Source: an uncultured Collinsella sp.
Lineage (GTDB): Bacteria; Actinomycetota; Coriobacteriia; Coriobacteriales; Coriobacteriaceae
DNA length: 64,000 nt
Direction of reading: 5' to 3'
Assembly (NCBI GenBank): GCA_900541665.1
Contig: UQKV01000005.1
Location: 962-64,961, forward strand
Below are positions 28,464-37,270 of this stretch, one piece after another. The notes under the pieces are model-generated. The model made no database searches. It saw nothing but the letters and a program-made list of their open reading frames with translations, and had not been told where the DNA came from. The position numbers were made by a program, and so were the translations under genes. Each line of letters starts with the position of its first letter. Position 1 is the stretch's first letter.

Positions 28464-31400
28464 ATGCTGGAGCTCAAAGGTATTTGCAAAAGGTACGTCA
28501 CGCAGTCGTTTACGCAGGTGGCGCTCGATAACGTGAGCCTGTCTTTTCGCGATAACGAGTTCGTGGCCATTCTGGGACCTTCGGGGTCGGGTAAAACCAC
28601 GATGCTCAACGTTATCGGTGGGCTTGATCATTTCGATTCCGGCGACCTGCTCATCGATGGCATTTCAACCAAGGACTTTCGCGATCGCGATTGGGATGCC
28701 TATCGCAACAACCGCATCGGCTTTGTGTTCCAGAGCTATAACCTCATTCCACATCAGACCATTTTGGAAAACGTGGAGCTGGCGCTCACGCTCACGGGCG
28801 TGGGGCATGCCGAGCGCCGCCAGCGTGCGCGCGAGGCGTTGGAGAAAGTCGGCCTGGGCGAGCACGTTAACAAGCGTCCGAGTCAGCTGTCGGGCGGGCA
28901 GATGCAGCGCGTGGCCATTGCCCGCGCCCTGATCAACGACCCCGAGATTGTGCTGGCAGACGAGCCGACCGGCGCCTTGGATTCAACGACATCCGTACAG
29001 GTCATGGACTTGCTTAAGGACGTGGCGCGCGACCGCCTGGTCATCATGGTCACGCATAATCCCGAGCTGGCGTACCAATATGCCACGCGCATCGTCAACC
29101 TGGCGGATGGCAAGATCACCGACGATTCCGATCCTTTCGATGTCGCTGACGTCACGCGCCGCGAGGCCAAGCCTACGCGCAAAACCTCGATGAGCTTTGT
29201 GACGGCGCTGGGGCTTTCTGCCCGAAACCTCATGACCAAGAAGGGCCGCACGGCCATGACGGCCTTTGCGGGCTCGATTGGCATTATCGGTATCGCGGCG
29301 ATTCTGGCGCTGTCCAACGGCGTAAACGGCTACATCAAAAAGGTCGAGGAGGATACGCTCTCGAGCTACCCACTCACCATTTCCAAGCAGGATTACGACT
29401 TGTCGTCCATGATGGGCGGGCGGGGAACTGCGGATGATGGCTCGCCTGAAAACGTGGATTCGTCCGTCGACAGTGCCGGCGGCAAGGCTAAGGGAACCGA
29501 TAAAATTCCCGTGGTTACGGCCGTAAAGGATATGTTTGCGAGCGTTAAGTCCAACGACATGACGAGCTTTAAGGCATGGCTCGATGCCGGTGGCGACGGC
29601 ATCGACAAAGAGGTCAACGCCATTCAGTACGGCTACGGTGTATCGCCGGTTGTCTATCGTGCCGGCAAGGGCGATGAGAAGCCTGTCCGGCTGGTGCCCA
29701 ACGCCATGACCGAGGCCATGAGCGGAGGCGCGAGCTCGGCGGCAACGGTGAGCATGGAATCCATGGGAACCTCGGTCTTTAACGAGATGATCGACGACCA
29801 GAGTCTGCTCGACAGCCAGTACGATGTCGTCGCCGGTCATTGGCCCACGTCTGCCAACGAAGCCGTGATGGTGCTTTCGAGTCGTGGCACGGTGGGCGAC
29901 TATACGCTCTACAGCATCGGTGCGCTGGATATCGATGAGCTCAACGATCTGGTAAACAGTGCCATGACGGCCGACGGTAAGATCGAGACGCCCGAGACCG
30001 GCGCCGACTTTACCTACGATGATGCGTTGTCCACGACGTTTAAGGTGCTGTCGCCGGCCGATGCCTATCGCAAAAACGAAGAGACCGGCATGTGGACCGA
30101 CATGTCTGACGACGCCGACTTTATGGCTGCCAAGGTTGCCGACGGTATTGACGTGCACATTGTGGGCGTGGTGCGACCTAACGAGACGGCCAATGCGAGT
30201 GCGTTGTCTCCGGGCATTGCCTATACGCATGCGCTGACTCGCCAGCTTATGGAGCGCGCCGCCGATTCGCAGATTGTGCAGGAGCAACTCGACCACCCCG
30301 AGACGGATGTCTTTACGGGCAAAACCTTCGACGAACTACAAGGCGAGGCCAAACAAGGAGTGGATCTGGGCAGCATGTTCAGTGTGGACGAGGCAGCACT
30401 TAAGAGCGCGTTCTCGTTTGATGCGTCTGCACTCTCGGGTGCGGCCGGCGGTATGGACCTTTCTGGTATCGACTTATCCGGGCTGGACATTGACCTCTCG
30501 GGCGTTGGAAGGGACATCGACTTCAGCGACATCATGGCAAAAGCACCGGCTCCAGATTTCTCGGACATCTTTGACGGTCTGGAGCTCACGCCCGAGCAAA
30601 TGCAGCAGGTGGGAATACTTGCCAACCAACTGTTTGAGGGCTTTTTGCAGTCTGATCAGTTTAAGGCGCTGTCGCCCGAAGATCTTAAGGACGCGTCAAA
30701 GCTCGCTGCCGCATTCTCGACGTATCTTGAGAGGGATACGGCAGCCCAGCAAATCTTGGCCCAGCTCAAAGCGCTCGGCGGCGATGCCCTGGCCGAGCGC
30801 CTGCAACAGGCGATGACCGACTATGTCCAAAAGCAACTGGCTCCGTATCTGCAGCAGGCTATGGACCAGGTGATGAAGGCAATCAGCGATCAGATTGCGG
30901 CGACGGTGTCAACTCAGCTCAAGGCAGGCGCGGCAGGGCTTATGGACCAGATGGCGACGCAGATGTCTTCGAGTTTTGCTAACCTGGCGAGCGCCATGCG
31001 CGTGGATGCGAGCGCCTTTACTCGTGCCATCCATTTCAACATGGACGCCGAGGATCTGAGTTCGCTCATGATGAGCTATGCCAAGGCTTCGAAGCTCACC
31101 TACGACAACAATCTGACCACGTTGGGCTATGCGGATGAGGCAGACCCCATCTCGGTTAAGATTTTCCCGCGCGACTTTGAGGCCAAAGAGCGCGTGCTCG
31201 ATCACATCGATGCGTACAACAAGCAGGTCAAAGCCGCTGGTCACGATGAACAGGCAATCTCGTACACCGACTACATGGGCATCATCATGGGTTCGGTGAC
31301 CGACATTGTGAACACCATCAGCTTGGTGCTCATCGCATTCGTGAGTATCAGCCTGGTGGTGAGCTCCATCATGATCGGCATCATCACGTATGTCAGCGTG

Positions 31401-31718
31401 CTGGAGCGCAAAAAGGAGATTGGCATTCTGCGTGCGATTGGCGCGTCGAAGCGTAACGTGGCAAACGTGTTCAACGCCGAGACCTTTATCGAGGGCCTCA
31501 TTGCCGGCGTCTTTGCTGTTGTCGTCGTGGTGGCCGTGAGCTTCCCGGTCAATGCTTGGGCGCTTGCGGCCAAACAGGTCCCCAACCTGATGAGCCTGCC
31601 CGTGCAGGATGCGCTGGTGCTCATTGCAATTTCGGTACTGCTGACGGTTGTCGCTGGCCTGCTGCCGGCCCGCAGCGCATCCAGGAAGGATCCCGTGGAG
31701 GCCCTGCGCTCTGAATAA
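28464..31718 (+). CDS. fused ABC transporter ATP-binding protein/permease (MacB/FtsX-like)
   Basis: The N-terminal ABC ATPase carries Walker A GPSGSGKTT, signature LSGGQ and Walker B. A long extracytoplasmic region follows, and the C-terminus has the FtsX 4-TM permease with GILRAIGASKRNV. An AGGAGAGG RBS is present. Confidence 0.85.
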   Translation: MLELKGICKRYVTQSFTQVALDNVSLSFRDNEFVAILGPSGSGKTTMLNVIGGLDHFDSGDLLIDGISTKDFRDRDWDAYRNNRIGFVFQSYNLIPHQTILENVELALTLTGVGHAERRQRAREALEKVGLGEHVNKRPSQLSGGQMQRVAIARALINDPEIVLADEPTGALDSTTSVQVMDLLKDVARDRLVIMVTHNPELAYQYATRIVNLADGKITDDSDPFDVADVTRREAKPTRKTSMSFVTALGLSARNLMTKKGRTAMTAFAGSIGIIGIAAILALSNGVNGYIKKVEEDTLSSYPLTISKQDYDLSSMMGGRGTADDGSPENVDSSVDSAGGKAKGTDKIPVVTAVKDMFASVKSNDMTSFKAWLDAGGDGIDKEVNAIQYGYGVSPVVYRAGKGDEKPVRLVPNAMTEAMSGGASSAATVSMESMGTSVFNEMIDDQSLLDSQYDVVAGHWPTSANEAVMVLSSRGTVGDYTLYSIGALDIDELNDLVNSAMTADGKIETPETGADFTYDDALSTTFKVLSPADAYRKNEETGMWTDMSDDADFMAAKVADGIDVHIVGVVRPNETANASALSPGIAYTHALTRQLMERAADSQIVQEQLDHPETDVFTGKTFDELQGEAKQGVDLGSMFSVDEAALKSAFSFDASALSGAAGGMDLSGIDLSGLDIDLSGVGRDIDFSDIMAKAPAPDFSDIFDGLELTPEQMQQVGILANQLFEGFLQSDQFKALSPEDLKDASKLAAAFSTYLERDTAAQQILAQLKALGGDALAERLQQAMTDYVQKQLAPYLQQAMDQVMKAISDQIAATVSTQLKAGAAGLMDQMATQMSSSFANLASAMRVDASAFTRAIHFNMDAEDLSSLMMSYAKASKLTYDNNLTTLGYADEADPISVKIFPRDFEAKERVLDHIDAYNKQVKAAGHDEQAISYTDYMGIIMGSVTDIVNTISLVLIAFVSISLVVSSIMIGIITYVSVLERKKEIGILRAIGASKRNVANVFNAETFIEGLIAGVFAVVVVVAVSFPVNAWALAAKQVPNLMSLPVQDALVLIAISVLLTVVAGLLPARSASRKDPVEALRSE

Positions 31719-31763
31719 TGTGACAAGGGACGGTCCCTTTGTCACATTGAGCGGCTTGTGAAT

Positions 31764-31947
31764 TCGAGGTCTAATACTTTTCCGAGAAGTGAACGAGTCA
31801 AAATGGACCCCCGAAGCGTCGACACTTTTGAGATGCAATTTCCAGCGGTTTTGATTGTTGAATCCTGCGGTTTTGGCGTCAGAGAATGTCGATGCTTCGG
31901 GGGTCCAAATACAGCCGTTCACTTCTCGGAAAAGTATTAGACCTCGA
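31764..31947. repeat. 185-bp nested inverted-repeat element (32-bp perfect outer IR + 17-bp inner IR), AT-rich
   Basis: The outer arms are tcgaggtctaatacttttccgagaagtgaacg (31764-31795) and its exact reverse complement (31916-31947). The inner arms are acccccgaagcgtcgac and gtcgatgcttcgggggt. Confidence 0.8.
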
Positions 31948-31989
31948 GATATAGACGATGTTTGCGAGCGGCAATTAGAGCGTAAGCCT

Positions 31990-33123
31990 TTAGTTCTTCT
32001 TTGCAGAGAGCATGAGCCTAATTTCCGGGTGGGTGTATTCGTCGAACTCTTCCTTGGGCTCGGTGTCAAAGGTGTAGTACGACTTGATAGATTCGTCCTC
32101 CGTCTTGATGCTGATTTCTTCATATAGGGATCCGGCTAAAAATGCCTGTTTAAATTCATCCGACAGGCTGCATGGCGTGAGGAGGTCCGGTGTGGCAACG
32201 GAAATGTCCAACCCGTTGAGCGGGGCGCAGAGCGTCGCGATATCCTGCTCGGCGCGGGCGAGGTTGTCTGCAGGGCTTGCCTCGGGGTCGATCTGACTGG
32301 TGTAATCGACGTCCGTGAGCATGCCATCTGCATCGAAAGAAAGGTAGACATAGGCTGCTTGAGCGCCGAGGTCATTATCGCGCAGATAGCCGATAATGCG
32401 GTAGCCGTAGTCGTGATACGACTCGTATGGGTCGTCTGCCGCGACGCGTTCGCACACGGGCTCCAAGGCATCTTGCGCGATGGCGAGCTGCTCGGCGGCT
32501 GCAGCCTTTCTTGCCTGAAGCTCGTTATTTCCCTGGACAAACTGCGGGATGTAGACGCCAAGCAGCACAATGACGGGCAACACCGCGAGAGCTATGATCT
32601 GCTTCTTGACGCTTGGAATCGTCACACCGTATGCGTTTGCCATGGCCTCGGCATTGCTCGAGGTCTCGGCCAGCACGTCTGCCGCCGTGGTGACTGCCCC
32701 CACGGCGCCGGCGACCTCGGCGGCACCGCCCAGGTTGCGCGCGAGATCGTTGTCGCTGTTCTTGAGCAGGCGGCCGGCAGCTTGCGTGGCAAGTACGCCG
32801 GCGACCTCCGCGGAACGGTCCTTGTTGGTCTGGGCTACCGCAAGCCTGCCCTGCAGCTCCTTCCACTGTTTGCCCTGCATCCCAAAGCGTGGTGCAAGGG
32901 CGCAATAGCAAAAGATGGCGAGCTCGATTACGGTGAGTGCGATGGCGGTATATATGCCCGCGGGTTGGAATTCCTTTTGGTGGAACGCGATATCGTTGAT
33001 CATTTGGAGCGGCAACATCAACAGGCATGCTACGAACGACATGATGAGTGCGGTCGCTGCGATCTTGGGGTACATGCAGTACCGCTGGATGCGTTTCTTT
33101 TCTCGTTCGGTGAGCTGCTGCAT
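31990..33123 (-). CDS. hypothetical membrane protein (3 TM helices, Ala-rich coiled segment, acidic C-terminal domain)
   Basis: The ORF is long and has a plausible hydrophobic profile, but no recognisable domain. The start is uncertain (33123, 33141 or 33207). Confidence 0.55.
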   Translation of the reverse strand: MQQLTEREKKRIQRYCMYPKIAATALIMSFVACLLMLPLQMINDIAFHQKEFQPAGIYTAIALTVIELAIFCYCALAPRFGMQGKQWKELQGRLAVAQTNKDRSAEVAGVLATQAAGRLLKNSDNDLARNLGGAAEVAGAVGAVTTAADVLAETSSNAEAMANAYGVTIPSVKKQIIALAVLPVIVLLGVYIPQFVQGNNELQARKAAAAEQLAIAQDALEPVCERVAADDPYESYHDYGYRIIGYLRDNDLGAQAAYVYLSFDADGMLTDVDYTSQIDPEASPADNLARAEQDIATLCAPLNGLDISVATPDLLTPCSLSDEFKQAFLAGSLYEEISIKTEDESIKSYYTFDTEPKEEFDEYTHPEIRLMLSAKKN

Positions 33124-33480
33124 GGGGGCCTCGACTCTCATCGTTTTTGGGCGATGCGCACACGCTCTTGAGTATAGATGAGTGGAGGGTGTCTGTTGTT
33201 CATACATAGCGGTCAACAGCGTGCTGTTGGTGATCGCTTGATCGTGGGCGCCATCTTTTAGAGCATGAAGCCGTTATCTAAGGAAAAGTGGCGAGCGAGG
33301 GAGCCGCTGTGAAGCGGCCCCATTTGCTGTTCGTGGACACCGTTCACCTTCATTGCACAGGGACGGCTGGAGGGCTGGTTGGCATCAAGTAACTGCCTCC
33401 GCCTTGTGGGTCGCCTCAAGGACAAGGCATAATGCATGTGACAAAGGGGCAGTCCCTTTGCCGCATTGATCTGAGAGTAG

Positions 33481-34440
33481 ATGTTGATGATTCTATCGTT
33501 GGCCCCCATGGAGGGGATTACCGGGCATGTGTTCCGTCGCGTGCATGCGGAGTGCTTTGGCGCGCTCGATTGTTATTACACGCCGTTTTTGCCGCCGCCG
33601 CGGGTGGGAAACCGCTTTGGCGGCAAGGCGTTTAAGGAGATCGATCCTGCCAATAACCAGGGGCTCAACGTAGTGCCTCAGCTGATGTCCAAGAATGCGG
33701 ACGAGTTTGTGTGGGCGGCACAGGTGCTCGCCGACATGGGCTACCGCGAGGTCAATCTCAACCTTGGCTGCCCCTCGGGGACGGTTGTTGCCAAGGGCAA
33801 AGGATCGGGCTTTTTGCGCAACTTGGATGAGCTTGAGGTGTTCTTGAGTGACGTGTGTGAGCGCTCTCCGCTGCCGGTATCGGTCAAGACCAGGTTGGGG
33901 TTGGAGAGCGACGACGAATACGAGCGCGTGCTCGATTTGTATTGCCGCATGCCGCTGGCAGAGCTGATCGTGCATCCGCGCGTGCAGAAGGACCGTTATG
34001 CGGGCTCGCCGCGCAAAGAGTTTTATGGCGAGACGCTGGAACGTGCGCCGTTTCCGGTGGCATACAACGGCGATATTTTTGATCTTGAGGACATGGATGC
34101 GCTGGTGGAGGCCTATCCCGGCACACGTCATGTAATGCTGGGGCGCGGCCTGCTCGCGAACCCCGCTCTGGCTCGCATGGTTAAGGGCGGCCCTGCTGCC
34201 ACGACAGCCGAGCTGTGGCGTTTCCATGACACGCTGTTTGCTGCCTATGCAGAAGAGATTGGCGGTAACGCGGTCTTTCGTATGAAGGAGTGGTGGTTCT
34301 ACGCCAAGTGCGCCTTCACCGACCCCACTACCGTTCACAAGCTCGTACGTAAGACCAAAAAGGTCGACGAATACCGCGCCGCCGTCGAGCGCGTCTTTCG
34401 CGAGCAGCCGCTTGCGCCCATAGCCCGCTTCCACGGCTAG
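33481..34440 (+). CDS. tRNA-dihydrouridine synthase (Dus family)
   Basis: LAPMEGITGHVFRR...NLNLGCPSGTVVAKGKGSGFL...VKTRLG matches the Dus TIM-barrel and its catalytic Cys region. Confidence 0.85.
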   Translation: MLMILSLAPMEGITGHVFRRVHAECFGALDCYYTPFLPPPRVGNRFGGKAFKEIDPANNQGLNVVPQLMSKNADEFVWAAQVLADMGYREVNLNLGCPSGTVVAKGKGSGFLRNLDELEVFLSDVCERSPLPVSVKTRLGLESDDEYERVLDLYCRMPLAELIVHPRVQKDRYAGSPRKEFYGETLERAPFPVAYNGDIFDLEDMDALVEAYPGTRHVMLGRGLLANPALARMVKGGPAATTAELWRFHDTLFAAYAEEIGGNAVFRMKEWWFYAKCAFTDPTTVHKLVRKTKKVDEYRAAVERVFREQPLAPIARFHG

Positions 34441-34583
34441 CTAGTCATTGGGGACGTTCTTTAACGACTAGTCATTTAAGAACGTCCCCAATGACTACCT
34501 CTGCAAAAAACTGTACAGCAGCATCCAAAGATGTCGAAAAATGTCGACTTTGGATGCTGGTGTACATGTTTGGGTGTGGTGGG
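34441..34583. repeat. palindromic repeat unit (GTCATTGGGGACGTTCT family) + left copy of 116-bp direct repeat containing a 57-bp palindrome
   Basis: 34468-34583 is about 95% identical to 36832-36947. The region contains catccaaag-ATGTCGAaaaATGTCGAc-tttggatg. Confidence 0.85.
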
Positions 34584-34586
34584 TAA

Positions 34587-34853
34587 CTAGGCAATCATTG
34601 CATCAAGCGTGATGAGCTCCCTGAGTCGCTCCGTGCGTGTTTGCCCATGGCGCTTTGCTTTTGCGTCAAAGGCTTCAAGGACCGATTCACCCACACGTGC
34701 GGATAAAACAACGCTTGGCTCGTCAGAAATCGGCGGCCTTCCCAGCTTGATGGTGCGACCCTTCGGCCACTCATCTTTTTCGTAGGCTTCCGCGGTTTTC
34801 TCCAACTCTCCAGGGGCAAATCCCATCATCTTTTCGAGTTGCTTAGCGTCCAT
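34587..34853 (-). CDS. brnA: BrnA/CopG-like ribbon-helix-helix antitoxin (putative)
   Basis: This 88-aa protein has an acidic N-terminus and a C-terminal RHH-like block (VVLSARVGESVLEAFDAKAKRHGQTRTERLRELI). An AGGAGG RBS is present, and it lies 8 bp downstream of the toxin gene. Confidence 0.55.
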   Translation of the reverse strand: MDAKQLEKMMGFAPGELEKTAEAYEKDEWPKGRTIKLGRPPISDEPSVVLSARVGESVLEAFDAKAKRHGQTRTERLRELITLDAMIA

Positions 34854-34861
34854 AGCGCCTC

Positions 34862-35128
34862 CTATTGATCGATCCCGATTTCCCTGAGCACCTTGCGCGT
34901 AGGAGGGACAAGGGCGTGGTAAATGATGTAGCCATCTCGATTGGGGCAATATCGAGCGATGAGCTCCATGAGACGGCTTCTTCCATCAAGTCCAACGAGA
35001 ACGTAATCGATACCTCCGTTTTCAAGATCACGCCTGAACCATGCAAAAGCTGAGTTCCAGGCGCAGGTGATATCCGTCTCCGTCAGCCCGTGTTTGAGGG
35101 CGTGGGGGTGGATTGCGATGAGCTCCAT
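34862..35128 (-). CDS. brnT: BrnT/DUF497-like toxin (putative RelE-fold ribonuclease)
   Basis: This 88-aa protein shows an LKHG...DYVLVGLDG...YIIYHAL..RK pattern. The toxin precedes the antitoxin, as in BrnTA. An AAAAGAGAGG RBS precedes the ATG at 35128. Confidence 0.5.
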   Translation of the reverse strand: MELIAIHPHALKHGLTETDITCAWNSAFAWFRRDLENGGIDYVLVGLDGRSRLMELIARYCPNRDGYIIYHALVPPTRKVLREIGIDQ

Positions 35129-35185
35129 AAGGGCCTCTCTTTTTGTATACAGTTTTGTAGACAAAAATGCAAGCAGTTAATAGGC

Positions 35186-36472
35186 TTAAGCGGCTTGTTT
35201 TGATTGGACTTCTCGATGTAAAGCCGACGCCGGAGGCTCCACTACTCCTTCGCTTTTTAGCTCGGTATGTGAACGCCCGTTGAACTCCCAGAGGGGAGCG
35301 TCTTCATAGATTATCGAGAGGAGCTTGGAGACTTCGGCTGTTTTCTTGCGTTCGTAAAACTCGGGCCGTACGACAATCAATAAGAAAGCTGCGTCTTCGG
35401 TAATTTGCTGTGCTGTCGGCATACCGTTGAGTCCAACGGAACGCAAAAGCTTTGTCATGATGAAATCGAACTCATCTTCTCTTGCATGGAGATCGGATGC
35501 CTTAATCTCAGGGTCTCTCAGGACGTACTGCTTGAGTCGTTCGACAGATCGGCTGCACTTTATATGCCCGCAGATGACTTCGTCATAGCTGAGCCTTTTG
35601 ATTGGAAGACGTTCGTGACCGGCGAAGATGGCTGCCACTCTGATGCCAACGCGCCGTTCGCGCAACGCGCGCATTTCACCGGTGTATTCGCTGCGTCGTT
35701 CATATTTTCGATAGGAGTATCCGTAGTCATCGTAGTAATAAGGGGCTTCATCGACAGCGTCATCGAGCTCAGGCGCTATGAGATAGAGTTTTCCATCTCT
35801 GGATATGACGCAGGGATTGTCGATTTGCCCCGATTCGTTCCTGATTTGCCAAATAGTTTCATTTATCTCAAATCTCGAGACTGGATTGGGGGCACAGGAG
35901 TTGTAGAGCTCAATAAGTTCATCGAGCGAAATGATTCCACAGACATCTGTGTAGGCGCGGGCGAAGCGCCGTACTTCTTGATTTGATTCAAGCGCACGGC
36001 GCTCCCAAGCATCCAAAACGTCCTGCGGACTTCGATAGCGGGCATGACGATCGATGCGCGATGCGCTCCAACGGTTATCAGCGGCAACGTTCATCAGATC
36101 CAAGCGCAGATCTTTGTCGGCGATGCGAGCGAGCGACTGATAGTGTTCTAGATCAAGCTCCGGTCGAAAACTCATGTCTTCCGGAACAGTTCGTGCGAGC
36201 TTTATGCAACGCTTGAGATAGGTCGGGCCCAGGCTTGGGCTAAAGTGCTGCTTGAGGTGGCAAGCGATGGGCGAGAGTAGGCCATTTAGATTGGAAATGG
36301 GGTATCCGGCAATCTCTTGCTCGAGACGGCGCCCGATGAGCAGAGCCCCTTCCGAAGAGGCCTCATGGTCGGTGCCTTTCTGGCCGAGGTGTTTGGCCTC
36401 GACAATCCTGCTGATATCCGAGCAGGTGTTTGAAATAATGTCGGGTGAAAGGGTTGGAATCTTTTTTGCCAT
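35186..36472 (-). CDS. hypothetical 428-aa protein of unknown function, co-oriented upstream of the TA pair
   Basis: It is a long ORF with no recognisable motif and lower GC than surrounding DNA. Confidence 0.6.
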   Translation of the reverse strand: MAKKIPTLSPDIISNTCSDISRIVEAKHLGQKGTDHEASSEGALLIGRRLEQEIAGYPISNLNGLLSPIACHLKQHFSPSLGPTYLKRCIKLARTVPEDMSFRPELDLEHYQSLARIADKDLRLDLMNVAADNRWSASRIDRHARYRSPQDVLDAWERRALESNQEVRRFARAYTDVCGIISLDELIELYNSCAPNPVSRFEINETIWQIRNESGQIDNPCVISRDGKLYLIAPELDDAVDEAPYYYDDYGYSYRKYERRSEYTGEMRALRERRVGIRVAAIFAGHERLPIKRLSYDEVICGHIKCSRSVERLKQYVLRDPEIKASDLHAREDEFDFIMTKLLRSVGLNGMPTAQQITEDAAFLLIVVRPEFYERKKTAEVSKLLSIIYEDAPLWEFNGRSHTELKSEGVVEPPASALHREVQSKQAA

Positions 36473-36619
36473 AGCGATGCACTCCTGTGTGACTCACGGA
36501 TAACGGAAACGTTTGGTTGTGAGCGCCGTTCTTTGATGGCGACGGCGAACAGGAGCGCAGCCTGTCTGAGATGGGCGAGTGCGGTAACCACCGATCTTAC
36601 TTACCGAGCTCGCTCCAGC

Positions 36620-36947
36620 GTGTCATTGGGGACCTCCGCAGGAGCTCTCGACCAGTCTCATGCCTTGGGATGAGTATAACACAGAGAGCAAACATATGTT
36701 CTATATATTTGAGAAACTGAATCCCTATCTACTCATTTAAGTGCGTCCCCAATGAGTACGTCCCCAATGAGTACGTCCCAGAGACGTCAGACGGCCTCAA
36801 ACAACCATAATCCAAAGGCCATCTCAAACAACTAGTCATTTAAGAACGTCCCCAATGACTACCTCTGCAAAAAACTGTACACCAGCATCCAAAGATGTCG
36901 AAAAATGTCGACTTTGGATGTTGATGTACATGTTTGGGTCGGTGGGG
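36620..36947. repeat. repeat-rich intergenic block: GTCATTGGGGAC half-sites (36622, tandem pair 36745-36780), full unit + right copy of 116-bp direct repeat (36832-36947)
   Basis: This is a direct sequence comparison with 34441-34583. Confidence 0.85.
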
Positions 36948-36973
36948 CTCCTTGGATGGACAGAGTGCGCGTG

Positions 36974-37219
36974 CTAGAGCAGGTTCTTCTGGACCCACGC
37001 GATGATGTCGCTCGACTCGTAGAGTGGCTTGCCGTCGATGAATAGGCAGGGAACCTGGCGTTTTCCGCCGACGGCGATGAGTGTCTGCTCGGCATCGGAA
37101 TCGGTCGAGATATTACGCTCGGGGACGGTCACACCGTTATCGGCCAAAAAGCGCTTGACCTTTAAGCAATACGGGCAGCCGGTCATAACGTAGAGCACGA
37201 GCTCGTGATCAGTAACCAT
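36974..37219 (-). CDS. glutaredoxin-like protein (NrdH/YruB-like)
   Basis: It carries the CPYC active site (LYVMTGCPYCLKVKRFL), with a GGAGA RBS before the ATG at 37219. Confidence 0.8.
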   Translation of the reverse strand: MVTDHELVLYVMTGCPYCLKVKRFLADNGVTVPERNISTDSDAEQTLIAVGGKRQVPCLFIDGKPLYESSDIIAWVQKNLL

Positions 37220-37270
37220 AGGTCTCCAATCGGTTGAGGTTTTGATTGAAATACCCAAAGCCGCCGCGGT

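Noticed and set aside
34468-36947. Integrase- or transposase-bearing mobile element
   Set aside because: No recombinase, transposase or terminal inverted repeats were found inside the cassette. I therefore described it as a repeat-bounded module rather than an IS or transposon.
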